64,000 nt of DNA, from contig OX597837.1 in the NCBI GenBank assembly GCA_951406725.2, positions 33,232,001 to 33,296,000 of the forward strand, read 5' to 3'. A model generated the notes under the pieces. The model ran no database searches. It was not told where the DNA came from and saw only the letters and a program-made list of their open reading frames with translations. Source of the stretch: Octopus vulgaris (lineage: Eukaryota). Below, one piece after another: positions 37,251 to 49,660 of this stretch (positions within the stretch are counted from its first letter, which is position 1; each line of letters opens with the position of its first letter). A program made the position numbers and the translations under genes.

Positions 37251-37317
37251 ACCTGAAGATTGACTGTAACCATAACTCAAATTATTACGAATTGTACAGC
37301 CATGAGACGATCGTAGT
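37251..37317 (+). ncRNA. decayed hammerhead-like motif with long stem II
   Basis: AC-CTGAAGA-TTGACTGTA-[loop]-TACAGCCAT-GAGA-CGATC-GTA-GT; downstream GATTTGCCTAATAGTGGTTTTATCTCTAATTT is shared (reverse complement) with 62801-62832. Confidence 0.5.
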
Positions 37318-37449
37318 GTTTTACTCTTTATCTTTTATTAAACTTTTAATACTTTTGATATATATTTAAAATAATATAAATTAATTTTATGTATTGGCTT
37401 ATGTTTTTCATTGTTTGATTTGCCTAATAGTGGTTTTATCTCTAATTTA

Positions 37450-37509
<60 letters not shown>

Positions 37510-38000
37510 TACATACATACAAGGAAAGAATGGAGGAATTAATTCCGCATATAGAACAACCATGTAGTGCTCAGAATATGAGCCATATGAATAATACAGT
37601 ACATTTTTATACGTTCATATGTATTTGTATGTATGTTTTTATGATTTTTGTGTAATTTTGTACACACGTTTTTTACGGTTTTATGAGATTTGTCTTAAGT
37701 ACTCCGACGTTATAAAGGAAAACTTTATCGATTACCTGAATTTTGTGTCTTCTATTGATACCTATATTATACACACACATGCTTACATACAGATATATAG
37801 GTACACACATACACACATATCAGGTATTACCTACTCGATAGCATAGATCACAACCTCTGTCTTCTTGCCTCACTTCCATCTCTGTCAAGAGGGTGGGTAG
37901 CAGGACTTGCCAACACCTTTACTGGCAGCAAGAGGTACCCAATAAAGGATAACCCATAAGAGATCTCAGGGCCTGTAAGATGAGGAATGGCTCCACTTAC

Positions 38001-38109
38001 CTACAGCTAAACTGGCAATTACAGGTGAAAACAGAACTGAGGCAGCGACTCCAGCAGCAATTGTAACATTTCTTCTGTGTTTCGGGGAATGCTCATATTT
38101 GGAAAGCAA
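38001..38109 (-). CDS. RNF19A: RNF19 exon: start of second hydrophobic segment
   Basis: ctctgcag|TTG ... GTA G|gtaag; 109 bp; LLSKYEHSPKHRRNVTIAAGVAASVLFSPVIASLAV, similar to vertebrate KHKRNLAIAGGVTLSVIVSPVVAAVTV; not in supplied ORF track. Confidence 0.92.
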
Positions 38110-38942
38110 CTGCAGAGAAAACAAACAAGAAGGAATTTTTTAAAAAACGCACAAAATCCAGCAATGGCATCATTGTCGAATGGAATGTAGTAGCAAGAGA
38201 AATGAAGGGATCAGTGGTTAGGGATAAGATATAACTGAAGGGAATGGTTTGGGTAGAAAACAGAACTTTGTCTTTTTTTGTTGTTGTTTTTCTTTCACCC
38301 TTTTGCCTGACCAAAATATTTTTATAAGTTTGTCCTAAAGATCCTTGCTTGTTTTCAGATTTTTAGTTAACCCTTGTTTCATATGTGTTCTGAGTAATAT
38401 ATAAAAATTCCCCACTTTTGTTAAGTCCAAAATTACTCTGATCGCTGGAAAAAAAGTTGGTGAATGCATATCGTATATGATGCATGGATGCCTGAGAAGT
38501 ATGTCTTGTACATCAGATGTGATACACAAAACAGTCAAAAGAACTGAGCAGTTCTGTTAGAGACAGTTTAACGTGAGATTGATGAATTACGTTACACAAA
38601 ATGTGTCTTTATAATGAGGCTGTTTTGTGACAAACACTTCACTTGCCCAAAGCAAATTTTTATAAGTTTCTCTGACACATCCTTGCTGGTTTTCAAACTT
38701 TTGCTTAGGCACTGTTTCTTGTGTTCTGAGCAATATAAAGCCTTCTTACATAAGTTCCAAATTATTTTAGCAGTTGGAGAAAAAAAAAAAAAAAAAAAAG
38801 GGAGTGGGGTATCATATATGATGTGTGAACACCAGGGAAACATTGTCCTGTCTATCAGATGCGATGCACAGAACAGAAAAAAGAGTCAAGAAAGAAATGG
38901 ATGTATTAGAAAACGAAGTTAGCTAAGTAAGACAAAACTTAC

Positions 38943-39105
38943 CCGCCTTCCTACCCATACGGGTATTCCAATGATTAGCGCAGGGACAGCAATTCCCGCA
39001 AATAGCGTTATCCCAACAGGAGCACCTATTAGTGTCCCCAACTGCCAGAGAATCTTCTTCTTTCGACTCCATGGTTTCTTACCCCAAAACGTACAGCCAG
39101 ATGGG
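38943..39105 (-). CDS. RNF19A: RNF19 exon: first transmembrane segment
   Basis: ttcag|C CCA ... CGG|gtaagt; 163 bp; [54 protein letters not shown]. Confidence 0.96.
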
Positions 39106-40579
39106 CTGAAAATAGAAAAATAAAAACACATATATATAGATATATAGATAGATAGATAGATAGATATTATATATAGCATACATATAAATATATAAAGCAA
39201 ACATATGCACACACACGGAGTAGTATTAGTAGTATGGGAGCATACATTGTGACAGTGTATTACTGAACTCACCATTTTGTAGGTGACTCATTACTACCCC
39301 TAGTAGATGATGCCTCTGCACTACTCAGGTGACAACCCTCCAACACGTGGGTCTGTTTCAGAGAGTCATTACTGGTGAGGGTTCTAACGAGGTCGGCGTG
39401 TAAGTCCTACCTTTTGCAACAAGCAGAGGAAACGTTGGGGCTATTCTTTGACATGCTGGCCTCCACACAGCACATAAATATGGACTTAGATAAAATGATT
39501 TCAGAGAGAGAGAGAGGGAAAGGAAAAGGGAGACATAGAGAGAGAGAGAGAGAGAGATGCAATAAAAAGAAAATGAGAGTCACCTCCGTAGGGGAACACA
39601 ACCATAATTATTCATTGCCAGTTTAGACAGAAAATACAGGGGATGGAGTAAATAGGTTAAATGAACCCTAGGAATTGTCTGCTTATCAACCCTGAAAGAA
39701 CAAAAAGCCAAGATGACTACAGTAGGACATGAACTCTGATTGTAAAAACCCAAAAGAAAAACCACAAGGCATTTTTTTCTGACATTCTAACAGTTCGGCC
39801 ATCTTGTTGATATCAGTGTAAGGTCAAGGTTTAATAAAGGTTCCATTAGTCAAGCAATTGACCCTTATTTGGTGGCATTTGCAGATGAAGAGAGACCAGT
39901 ACAGGTCTGGTATTTCACTAATACTAAAACATTCTAACAAATTTTTTATACAATTCCTAATAATCCTTTCAAATTGAAGCACAACGCCTCAAATTTGGGG
40001 GAAGGGATCAAGTCAATTACATCAACCCCAGTGCATAACTGGTACTTATTTAACCAAACCCGAAAGGATGAAAGGCAAAGTCAACCTTGGCAGAACTTAG
40101 ACTCAGTATACAATATTTAATTGTAAAAATAAAATAAGATTTTTTTAAACGTAAGGGTCCTTTAGAGGAAAATAAGAATCAAAGGGATTCAAAGGAGGGA
40201 AAATGGCTGAGTAAAAAAAGGGGACAGTATATTTGAAATATTATTTAAAGTCTGGCAGAAAATGAAATAAAGAGATGAGATTGTAGCTGCAGGTCTGGTC
40301 GACTGGATCAGGACTGGCCTATGGTTAAACAACAACAACCATAAAAGATTGGATGAATACAAGAAAAAAAGAAACAATAACAGCATCAGGAACTAGAACT
40401 ACGACAATAACAACACCACCAGAAGCAGCAGTAATGATGACAAACAAAGAATTAAATCCATTGAAGAGAAAGCAATCAAGAAAGTTAAATGTTTAATGAG
40501 CAGAAATGAAATTAGTTTTGAAGAGTAAATTGTTGGAGATTAAAAAATGTAGAAGATAATCCAGATTATATTAATTGAT

Positions 40580-40617
<38 letters not shown>

Positions 40618-40910
40618 GAAGGAACAGAGTGAGTGAGAGAGAGGAACAGTGAGAAAGAGTGAGAAGAGTGAGTGAGAGAGAGAAAGAGAGAGAACAGAGT
40701 GAGTGAGAGAGGAACAGAGAGAAAGAGAGAGAAGAGTGAGTGAGAGAGGAACAGAGAGAAAGAGAGGAACAGAGAGAAAGAGAGGAACAGAGAGAAAGAG
40801 AGGAACAGAGAGAAAGAGAGAAACAGAGAGAAAGAGAGAAACAGAGAGAAAGAGAGAGAAAGAGAGAAACAGAGAGAAAGAGAGAAACAGAGAGAAAGAG
40901 AGGGATGGAG
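40580..40910. repeat. GA-rich compound micro/minisatellite (18-bp AGAGAAAGAGAGGAACAG units)
   Basis: Polypurine tract seen directly. Confidence 0.9.
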
Positions 40911-40965
40911 AAAGAATAAATGGTTTAAAAATAAAGTATGTAAAAAAGGAAAATTGATGGTGCAA

Positions 40966-41135
40966 GTGAACTGGCCGTTTAAGGGGCAGGGTGACTGGCC
41001 GTTTAAGGGGCAGGGTGACTGACCATTTAAGGGGCAGGGTGACTGACTGGTTAAGAGACAGGGTGACTGGCCGGTTAAGGGGCAGGGTGACTGACCATTT
41101 AAGGGGCAGGATGACTGGCCCTTTGAGGGGCAGGG
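40966..41135. repeat. 24-bp minisatellite GTGACTGGCCGTTTAAGGGGCAGG, about 7 copies
   Basis: Periodicity seen directly. Confidence 0.9.
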
Positions 41136-42278
41136 AGATCAGAAGCTGGGGGTATAAAGGGACTGCTGTTTAAATTACAAGGAGAAAGTACTGAATTCCT
41201 AGAAGTGGCATGATGTCCTCTTCCAATAAACAAAACCAGTTAAAACGTTCCCACTTGCAGCATGAGAAATATGTGACATTTCAAACAAGGTTGTTCTCAT
41301 CAGGTTGTTTCTTTCGTTGAGTAAATTTCAGTATTTAGAACCAAACAACTGGGTAAATTAACAATCCACAGACCCTCAGGTGAGGGGGTGGGGTCTGTAT
41401 TTGTTCCATGGTAACATGGGTGGGATGGCTTTCTTGTTGAGGAAAATTGTTATTAAATCTGGATGACCAACCAGGGGGATCCTGCAAACCACTTGACCAT
41501 GAAATAAACATGAAACTCTTTCTCCTTTCCTTTGAGTTAGTTGTTATCGCTCTGGGGTAACCTAACCAGGCAGGGTTCTACAGGTCAGTCCAGATCAACC
41601 TGACTAGCCAAGGTACTCGGATCGCTTCAGGTCAAACTGACCAGGCAAGACCCAGGACCAAGAACATTGCAGTCAAGGCATTACAAGCCAACCTGGCCAG
41701 ACAAGGTACTAGCACTCACTCCAAGCAGACCCAGATGAAGTACCACATGTGACTTCATATCAACCTGGCCAGGTAACTTTCAGGATCAAAGACATGTTAG
41801 CTAAGGTGCTACATTCTACAGTGTCCTTATGTTTATTTTAAGATGACTGGATATGATCTGAGGGAGATATCACCGCCATTTCTAGCAGGTTGAATGACTA
41901 AGTGAAGGCTCCCATCTTCTTGTAATCTGTCATGGTGGTCAGTCATACAATAAACTTTTTCTCCTTTCCTTTGTATTATTTGTTATCGCTCCGGGGTAAC
42001 TGAACCAGACAGGGTACTGTAGGTCAGTCCAGATCAACCTGACTAGCCAAAGTACTCAGATCACTTCAGGCTTCAGGTCAAACTGACCCAGGACCAAAAA
42101 CATTGCAACCAAGGTATTACAGGTCAACCCGGCCAGACAAGGTACTAGAGCTCACTCCAAGTGGACTCAGTCAAAGTGCCCACATGTGACTCCATGTCAA
42201 CCTGGCCAGGTGACATCCAGGACCAAAGACATGCTAGCCAAGGTGCAACATTCTAGTGTCCTTATGTTTATTTTAAGA

Positions 42279-42710
42279 CTAGCAGCATAGCCCGGCGTTG
42301 CCCGGGTATGTAAGAGCCCCTAGTAGGCAACGACCAATCCCAATCTAGTCCTTTCCCTCTAGGGAGCGAAGGCACATGTGTAGGTTGCAATGTCTTCTCT
42401 TCACTCGAATACTTCTGTGTATACGATGTTCTTAGCTGTCCCTTTAAGCGATAAAAAGGTTGAGTTGTGTCCCCTAGACAGAAAATGTGTTGCATATAAA
42501 AAGCTTAGATTCTCGACCCCATGTCAAATTTATCGATTGTTTTCAGAACTGGGGGAACTTTTCAAAATTTTCACTGCGTTAGTTTTGAATTATGACATTG
42601 GGCTATGTGTGTGTCAAGTTTCATCAAAATCGGTTGAAAGCCGTGGTCAGGGTGAGGGTACAACCTGACAGACACGCACACAGACAAACTGCCGTTTATA
42701 TAGAGAGAGA
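42279..42710 (-). mobile_element. non-autonomous Helitron (432 bp)
   Basis: Minus strand starts TC and ends CTAG, hairpin CCCGGGCAACGCCGGG just upstream of the end, inserted between A and T with no TSD; empty site at 41843/41844. Confidence 0.88.
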
Positions 42711-43280
42711 TGACTGGATGTAATTTGAGGGAGATATCACTGCCATTTCTAGCAGGTTGAATGACTGAGCAGAGGTTACCATCTTCTTGTAATGTCATGG
42801 TGGTCAGTCATACAATAAACATAAGCAGATTCAAGCTCTTATCTCTGCACATTGCAGTTAAACCGGTTTTTATTTTTATTTATTTTTTTTTCCTGCTCCA
42901 TTTACTGGTTTCAGTTGCAGAACAAGGAGTGCACTGACTATGTTAACCCCGGTTCCTATCAACCTAAGAAGATCTGAATTCTGAACATAAAGAGAAACAA
43001 AATACCAAAAATGATTTGCCAATTCTATGCACCACAACCTTTGAGCAAGACACTTCACTCAACTTATCTAAAATCAAATTTTCCTGGGAAATGAATTAAT
43101 TTTAGAGATGAATGAGAAGGGAAAATTAATTCCCCTACAAATTATTAAGGCAAAAAAAGTATAAAAGCAACAAAGAATTATGCCAATTGTTAGATTTACA
43201 GACCATTCTAACCCACATAGATAAGGAGAAATTTATAATTGAAATGAAAAATGACAAAAACAAATAGAAATTGGAAAAAT

Positions 43281-43507
43281 TTAACCCTTTAGTATTTAAA
43301 CCGGCCATATCCGGCCAAAATAGCTAATCTGTTTTATGTTCAAACTGACCAGATCCAGGCTCTCACACCTACCCTACAATGTTATTCTACATGAAGTAAT
43401 TGCACCATCAAGATCTTGAAGATATGAGATAATGCATGATTAATTCAAATCAATGGGAATCAATAGGCATTATGTTTGATAGAATAATCTGAACACTAAA
43501 GGGTTAA
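43281..43507 (+). mobile_element. piggyBac-type MITE
   Basis: TTAA flanks and CCCTTTAG TIRs; near-identical to 63434-63660. Confidence 0.85.
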
Positions 43508-45054
43508 AGAACTCAGAGACAGGGAAGAACAGAAAAACCACAAAAATTCAAAGAAATCATCATTATCATTTAATGTCTATGTTCAATGCTGGCATAGGTT
43601 GGAAAGAGGGAGAGAAAGAGAGGTGGTACAGGAGACAAGGAGAGAGGGGACAGGAGAGAAAGGGACAGGAAAGGGGAAGGGGAGAGAGAGTGAGAAGTGG
43701 GAGAGAAAGAAACCGAAATATGGAAAATAGAAAGTCTTTTTTTTTTTTAAATCAAAAACAGAGTGAATGGAGGAGGGGGAGGGGGTCACAGAAAAAAAAC
43801 AAAATTTTTAATCAAATTAAAAAGAAATAAAGCAAAAGTAAATTGTAGACACGTGTGATTTTGTGTGAGAGAGAGACTTATATCAGCAAAAATCAATGAA
43901 GCATGAGGAATCTAGGTGGCACATGGCACACATGCCCAGAAACGTGCACACTATATATATATATATATACACCCACGTGTGCATACATAGATATATCAAG
44001 CAAGTGGACATGTGGATGGATGGTAATTAGCAGGATTTAATCAGTTGGGATTATATCATTAATCCAGACTTTACATACAGGGGAGAATCATTTTTTTTTT
44101 TTTTATTAGTTAATCCTTTTGGTTACCAACAGAACAGATTAATTAGCAATGGGCCGAACTTTCAATGGAAGCAACCACAATAAACACACCTATGCACACA
44201 ATACACACGTGTGTGTGTGTACGTACACATATGGCAATGTCCTGACTCGATATACATTCACACGGGGCACCTAAACAAACACACAGCACGGCCACAGGCC
44301 AGAGAGGTTGTAGTGTGTTGGTGAGCGGATTGTTGCCAATGAGTTGGATGGTCTTTTGGATCCACATCTCGTGAGTGAGCAAGCGTGAATAGTGCACGCA
44401 TGTGCGCAAGAGACATAATGGGAGCAGTAGTTAGTGGTGGTCATGGTGCAGATCAACTTTATTTATAATGAAGAAGATGGAAAAACAGCATTCATGACCT
44501 GCAGGAAGGCCTCCTCCTACAACACCTGCGGGAAGAGGGAAGAAAGCTATTCTCAGACCAGAGATGATCCAAGACCTGCTTTAGTGGGTTCCAATGGAGC
44601 AGACACCATTGAAGAGGCGAAGATATCCAGAGGGAGAGGGTCATGGCATTAAAATGGATGATTAAGGCTGATTTAAGTCAAGTGTCTTGGGCTACGTTAA
44701 CAGGACGGTAAGTGTTGACCAGATACAAATCCTACGTACTGCTCACCCTTCAGACACAGTCTGTTGCAAGACTACTACTACTACTACTACTATTACAAAG
44801 AATGTGTTAACTCAGACGAAGTTGATTTAGTGTGTGATCTGTGGTCTTAAAGTAAACATATAACTTAATGAAGATAATCCTATTACGAACGTGATAGATT
44901 GTGCAATGGGCTGTGAAATTTCACTTGTTTCAACACATGTCTGGGTTTTAATAAGTACCACAACCACCACCACCACCACCACCATACAATGTCCATAACC
45001 AACCACAAAGAAACAGCCAATACCACCACCACCACCACCACCGACTCTCACATG

Positions 45055-45450
45055 TACAAATAAAAAATACAGTGTTTAGGTGCACCACAATTTACCAATA
45101 AAAGCAGCCAAAAATGCTTAGAATAATGCACAGGAAGTGAGTCATTTAAGAAAGAAGAAAAGTGGGGGCATCAGGTGTATTGTTGGTGAATTTCAGGAAG
45201 CATGGATGTTTTAAAGCATCTGGTATCTCGACTGCTAACAACTGATGCAGATAGTTTATTCCATGCTTCAGCAATTCTGAGCATAATAAAATGTTTCCGA
45301 AAGTCACGGGTGCTGTGTTGTTTTTCGATTTTATAAGCATGTCCCCAAGTGTCAGATAATATGGAATTCAAAAAGCTGCCCAAGGTTGTCATGGGAAAAA
45401 TGGTGGATAATCGTGTCGTTGTCTGCCAAGTCAGTTGCCAGACACTGGAG
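45055..45450 (-). mobile_element. diverged CR1 3' fragment
   Basis: GHAYKIEKQHSTRDFRKHFIMLRIAEAWNKLSAS, homologous to 8727-9000. Confidence 0.8.
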
Positions 45451-45622
45451 CTTTAACTCTTTAGCATTCAAACCGGTCATATTTGACCAAAATGTTTAAC
45501 CTGTTTTATGCTCAGACCAGCCAGACCTGGCCTCTTGCCTCAACCCTACAATGTCTTTCTAAAACTAAACAAGCACATCATCAAAATCTCTAAACCACAA
45601 GATAATCCATGTTTAATTCAAA

Positions 45623-45887
45623 TAATAAGAAAAATAAATAAATGTGCCCTTTTAAAGCCTAGCCAGGCTCATGGGCCCGGTTTCCTGGTTTCTATGGCGT
45701 AGGTGTTCCCCACCAGGATGGCTACGCCAGTCCGTCGCAGCGTTACTCATTTTTGCCAGCTGAGTGGACTGGAACAACATGAAAGTGTTTTGCTCAAGAA
45801 CACAACGCATCCCCCGGTCCAGGAATCGAAACCACAATCTTACGATCATGATGTTGACACCCAAACCACTAAGCCATGCGCCTCCAC
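45623..45887 (-). mobile_element. SINE (D-like head, different tail) nested in a decayed piggyBac MITE
   Basis: TSD TGTTTAATTCAAA at 45610-45622 and 45888-45900; flanks match the 43281 MITE. Confidence 0.8.
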
Positions 45888-47157
45888 TGTTTAATTCAAA
45901 ACAATATAAATAAACATTTACATTTGACAAAGTAATTCTGAACGCAGAAGGAAAGCAAGATGCTCAGGGCGGGTAAAAGTACAAACAGCCACATACACAC
46001 ACAACATAAACTTCATACTACAACATAGACACTACCAATCTACAATACATACAACCACACACACACACACTTCTAACCTGAAATTTGTACTTAAAAAGAA
46101 GCTTCAGATACATTCAAACACACAAACTCATTTCATGTAGGAAAACCAACCTGATAGGTTTCATGAGTCACATGATCTCACCACACTAATTATGATGATG
46201 GTGATGACAAACAACATGGGCCAAGCCATGGTGGTATCCCGACTCAATAACAAAACAATGTTTTCTAGCATTGACACAGGGGCCACACATCATCATCATC
46301 ATCATCATCATTTAGCGTTCGTTTTCCATGCTAGCATGGGTTGGACGGTTCAACTGGGGTCTGGGAAGCTGGAAGGCTTCATCAGGCCCAGTCAGATCTG
46401 GCAGTGTTTCTACGGCTGGATGCCCTTCAGGAAATGAAGGCTGCAGTCACATTTGATCCCACTGTTGAATCTATTTGACGATGATGATGATGACGATAAT
46501 GATATTTGTCCAGTTCTTATTTAATCAAATCTGAACTCAGAACATAAAGACAGACGAAAATAGCTCCAAGCGTTTCGTCCAGTGTGTTTACATTTCTGCC
46601 AGCTCAGCACCATGCAATATGTGTATACATTGACAGAAAACAAAAGATCGCTGTGGTTATTTTTATATCTTTGACATTGTTTACATATTTTATATCAGCA
46701 CCCCCACCCCCACCAGAGATTCACACTTTTACGTTTCAGAATGGAATTTGGTTCAGTTAACCAAAATAAAGCTCTAAAATCCAACCTACTTTGCTTTCTA
46801 TAACGAGAAATTCAAAGGAAATTGGACACTTGACTAATTTTTTTATGTAAAATCAAGAATCGGTTAAAAAAAAAAAAAAAAAAAAAAAACTAATGAGAAT
46901 CAGTATCCGAAATAAAGAATCTGAAAGATATGTGGTAATTAAATTAATTATAGTAATCAAAGCAGTAATGATATGTAACGAGCACTCAAAGAGCGCAAAC
47001 CTCCACCAAGGCAACACCAACGTCCTTTCAATGATTAGCCAGAGATGATTTTTAAAATGAGAATATCTGTAATAAACTCGACTGCTCTCACAAATGAGAA
47101 TACTAAAGATGAACCTGACCGCTCTCAAATGGAAAAATAATCCAAATATATACATAT

Positions 47158-47575
47158 AGGCGCAGGAGTGGCTGTGTGGTAAGTAGCTTGCTAACCAACC
47201 ACATGGTTCTGGGTTCAGTCCCACTGCGTGGCATCTTGGGCAAGTGTCTTCTGCTATAGCCCCAGGCCGACCAATGCCTCGTGAGTGGATTTGGTAGACG
47301 GAAACTGAAAGAAGCCTGTCGTATATATGTATATATATATAAGTGTGTGTGTATATGTTTGTGTGTCTGTGTTTGTCCCCCTAGCATTGCTTGACAACCA
47401 ATGCTGGTGTGTTTACGTCCCCGTCACTTAGCGGTTCGGCAAAAGAGACCGATAGAATAAGTACTGGGCTTACAAAGAATAAGTCCCGGGGTCGATTTGC
47501 TCGACTAAAGGCGGTGCTCCAGCATGGCCGCAGTCAAATGACTGAAACAAGTAAAAGAGTAAAAAAAGAGTAAAA
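47158..47575 (+). mobile_element. SINE family B
   Basis: Full-length copy. Confidence 0.87.
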
Positions 47576-47919
47576 GAATATATTGAGTGAGAGGTGAAGG
47601 GAGAGGAGATGAAATACTAATACAGTGTAGGAGAAGTATTGAGAGTAATAGCCATGACTGAGAGGAAGTGAGAGAAAGTAGTGACAACGAGAAAGACGAA
47701 ACGAAGAGGCAAAGAGAGCGTCATATGAATGAGAAAGGAAGGGGTGATTGATGAATAATGAGGGAAGGAGTGAATGAGCAGATACATGTTGTTTCAAGTG
47801 TGAGTATATGTGTGTGTGTGTACAATGGAAATGGGATGGTAATGTTCAACACTGAAAATGTGTGTGTGTGTGTGTGTGTATGTGTGTGCGTGTACAAGAG
47901 AACTATTTCTCTCTCTTTT

Positions 47920-48312
47920 TTCTCTTTTACTTGTTTCAGTCATTTGACTGCGGCCATGCTGGAGCACCGCCTTTAATCGTGCAACTCGACCCCGGGACTT
48001 ATTCTTTGTAAGCCCAGTACTTATTCTATCGGTCTCTTTTTGCCGAACCGCTAAGTGATGGGGACATAAACACACCAGCATCGGTTGTCAAGCAATGCTA
48101 GGGGGACAAACACAAACATAGACACGCATACATATATATACATATATACGACGGGCTTCTTTCAGTTTCCGTCTACCAAATCCACTCACAAGGCTTTGGT
48201 CTGCCCGAGGCTAGAGTAGAAGACACTTGCCCAAGGTGCCATGCAGTGGGACTGAACCCGGAACCATGTGGTTGGTTAGCAAGCTACTTACCACACAGCC
48301 ACTCCTGCACCT
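47920..48312 (-). mobile_element. SINE family B
   Basis: Full-length reverse copy. Confidence 0.87.
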
Positions 48313-48339
48313 ATGAGGAACTTTATATATACGTGTAAA

Positions 48340-48557
48340 GTAAAAAAGAAAAAAATCGGAAAAATGATCCAGAATCCTTGTCCGGTACCAGATCGATTCC
48401 AAAATCTAATCAGTTTGTGTCAGTCACAAGGCCAAACATCCCTGAAAGTTTCATCAGAATCCATCCAGCGGTTCTTGAGATATCTTGTCCACGGACAAAC
48501 CAACAAACAAACACGACTGAAAACAATACCTCCGCCTTCACTAAGGAGGAGAGGAAA
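48340..48557 (+). mobile_element. Helentron-associated (HINE/DINE-like) fragment
   Basis: AAGTTTCATCAGAATCC...GAGATATC...ACAAAC repeats and a terminal ACCTCCGCC...GGAGGAGAGG palindrome; family call from recalled motif pattern. Confidence 0.55.
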
Positions 48558-49253
48558 ATATCTGACACTGACACTCAGATAACCAAGCATGGAACTATTT
48601 TCATTTCTTTTCTTCCATAAAAGGACTGAACCCAAAACACTGGTTCCAATTCTTTTAATACAAAATTTCCTTTGACTTTTATGTAATTAATCAGTCCAAT
48701 ATAGCAGCTAAATGACCCTCGGTTGATATAGTTTTAAAATGGAAGAGGGACTGGAGCAGTGATTCTCACCCCCTTTTTTTTTACCTATAAACCTCTCTGA
48801 CTCTTAATTTACTCTCATGGTCTCCCTTGCCAACCATAATCATTTAATGTTTTAAAAACAATCCAATTGTACTTTTATAATTAAATATTATTAGAAAATG
48901 TATTAAAATGAAGTGTTAAGATATTTTGTGCATTGTAGAAGTGAAGCCAAGTCTTTGCACAAATTTTAACCAAAAAATCTTATATCAATCCCCCAGTTGA
49001 GAACCACCAGATTAGAGGAATCGGAGAAGTAATCTCTATAAATTTACTTTAATTCCTTACTCTACTCCTTAACAGAACTTCCTACCAACTTTGAGAGGTT
49101 GGAGAGGGATAACATGGTCCAACAAAGGATTAACACAATTCAGTAAAAAAAAAAGCATAATTTGACAAAGGATTGCATAACCTAGTAAAAGATTTTCTTA
49201 AAAGAGATTAAACAATTTGGTGAGATTAGCTAATCCGGCAAAGGAACTTTTTT

Positions 49254-49660
49254 ATAAGGGTTTAGATAATGCTGTAAGGAATTAGACAATCCAGTGAGGG
49301 AATTTCTTATAAGGGATTAGATAACCCAGTGAGGGACTATGCTATAAGGGATTAGACAATCCAGTGAAAGAATTTCTTATAAGGGATTAGATAACCCAGT
49401 GATGGACTATGCTATAAGGGATTAGACAATCCAGTGAAAGAATTTCTTATAAGGGATTAGATAACCCAGTGAGGGACTATGCTATAAGGGATTAGACAAT
49501 CCAGTGAAAGAATTTCTTATAAGGGATTAGATAACCCAGTGAGGGACTATGCTATAAGGGATTAGACAATCCAGTGAGGGAATTTCTTATAAGGGATTAG
49601 ATAACCCAGTGAGGGACTATGCTATAAGGGATTAGACAATCCAGTGAAAGAATTTCTTAT
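49254..49660. repeat. 70-bp higher-order minisatellite (alternating 35-bp A and B units)
   Basis: ATAAGGGATTAGATAACCCAGTGAGGGACTATGCT alternates with ATAAGGGATTAGACAATCCAGTGAAAGAATTTCTT. Confidence 0.93.

Noticed and set aside
49254-49660. CRISPR array or telomeric repeat
   Set aside because: Only two alternating unit types with no unique spacers; TAAGGGATTAG is not tandem TTAGGG
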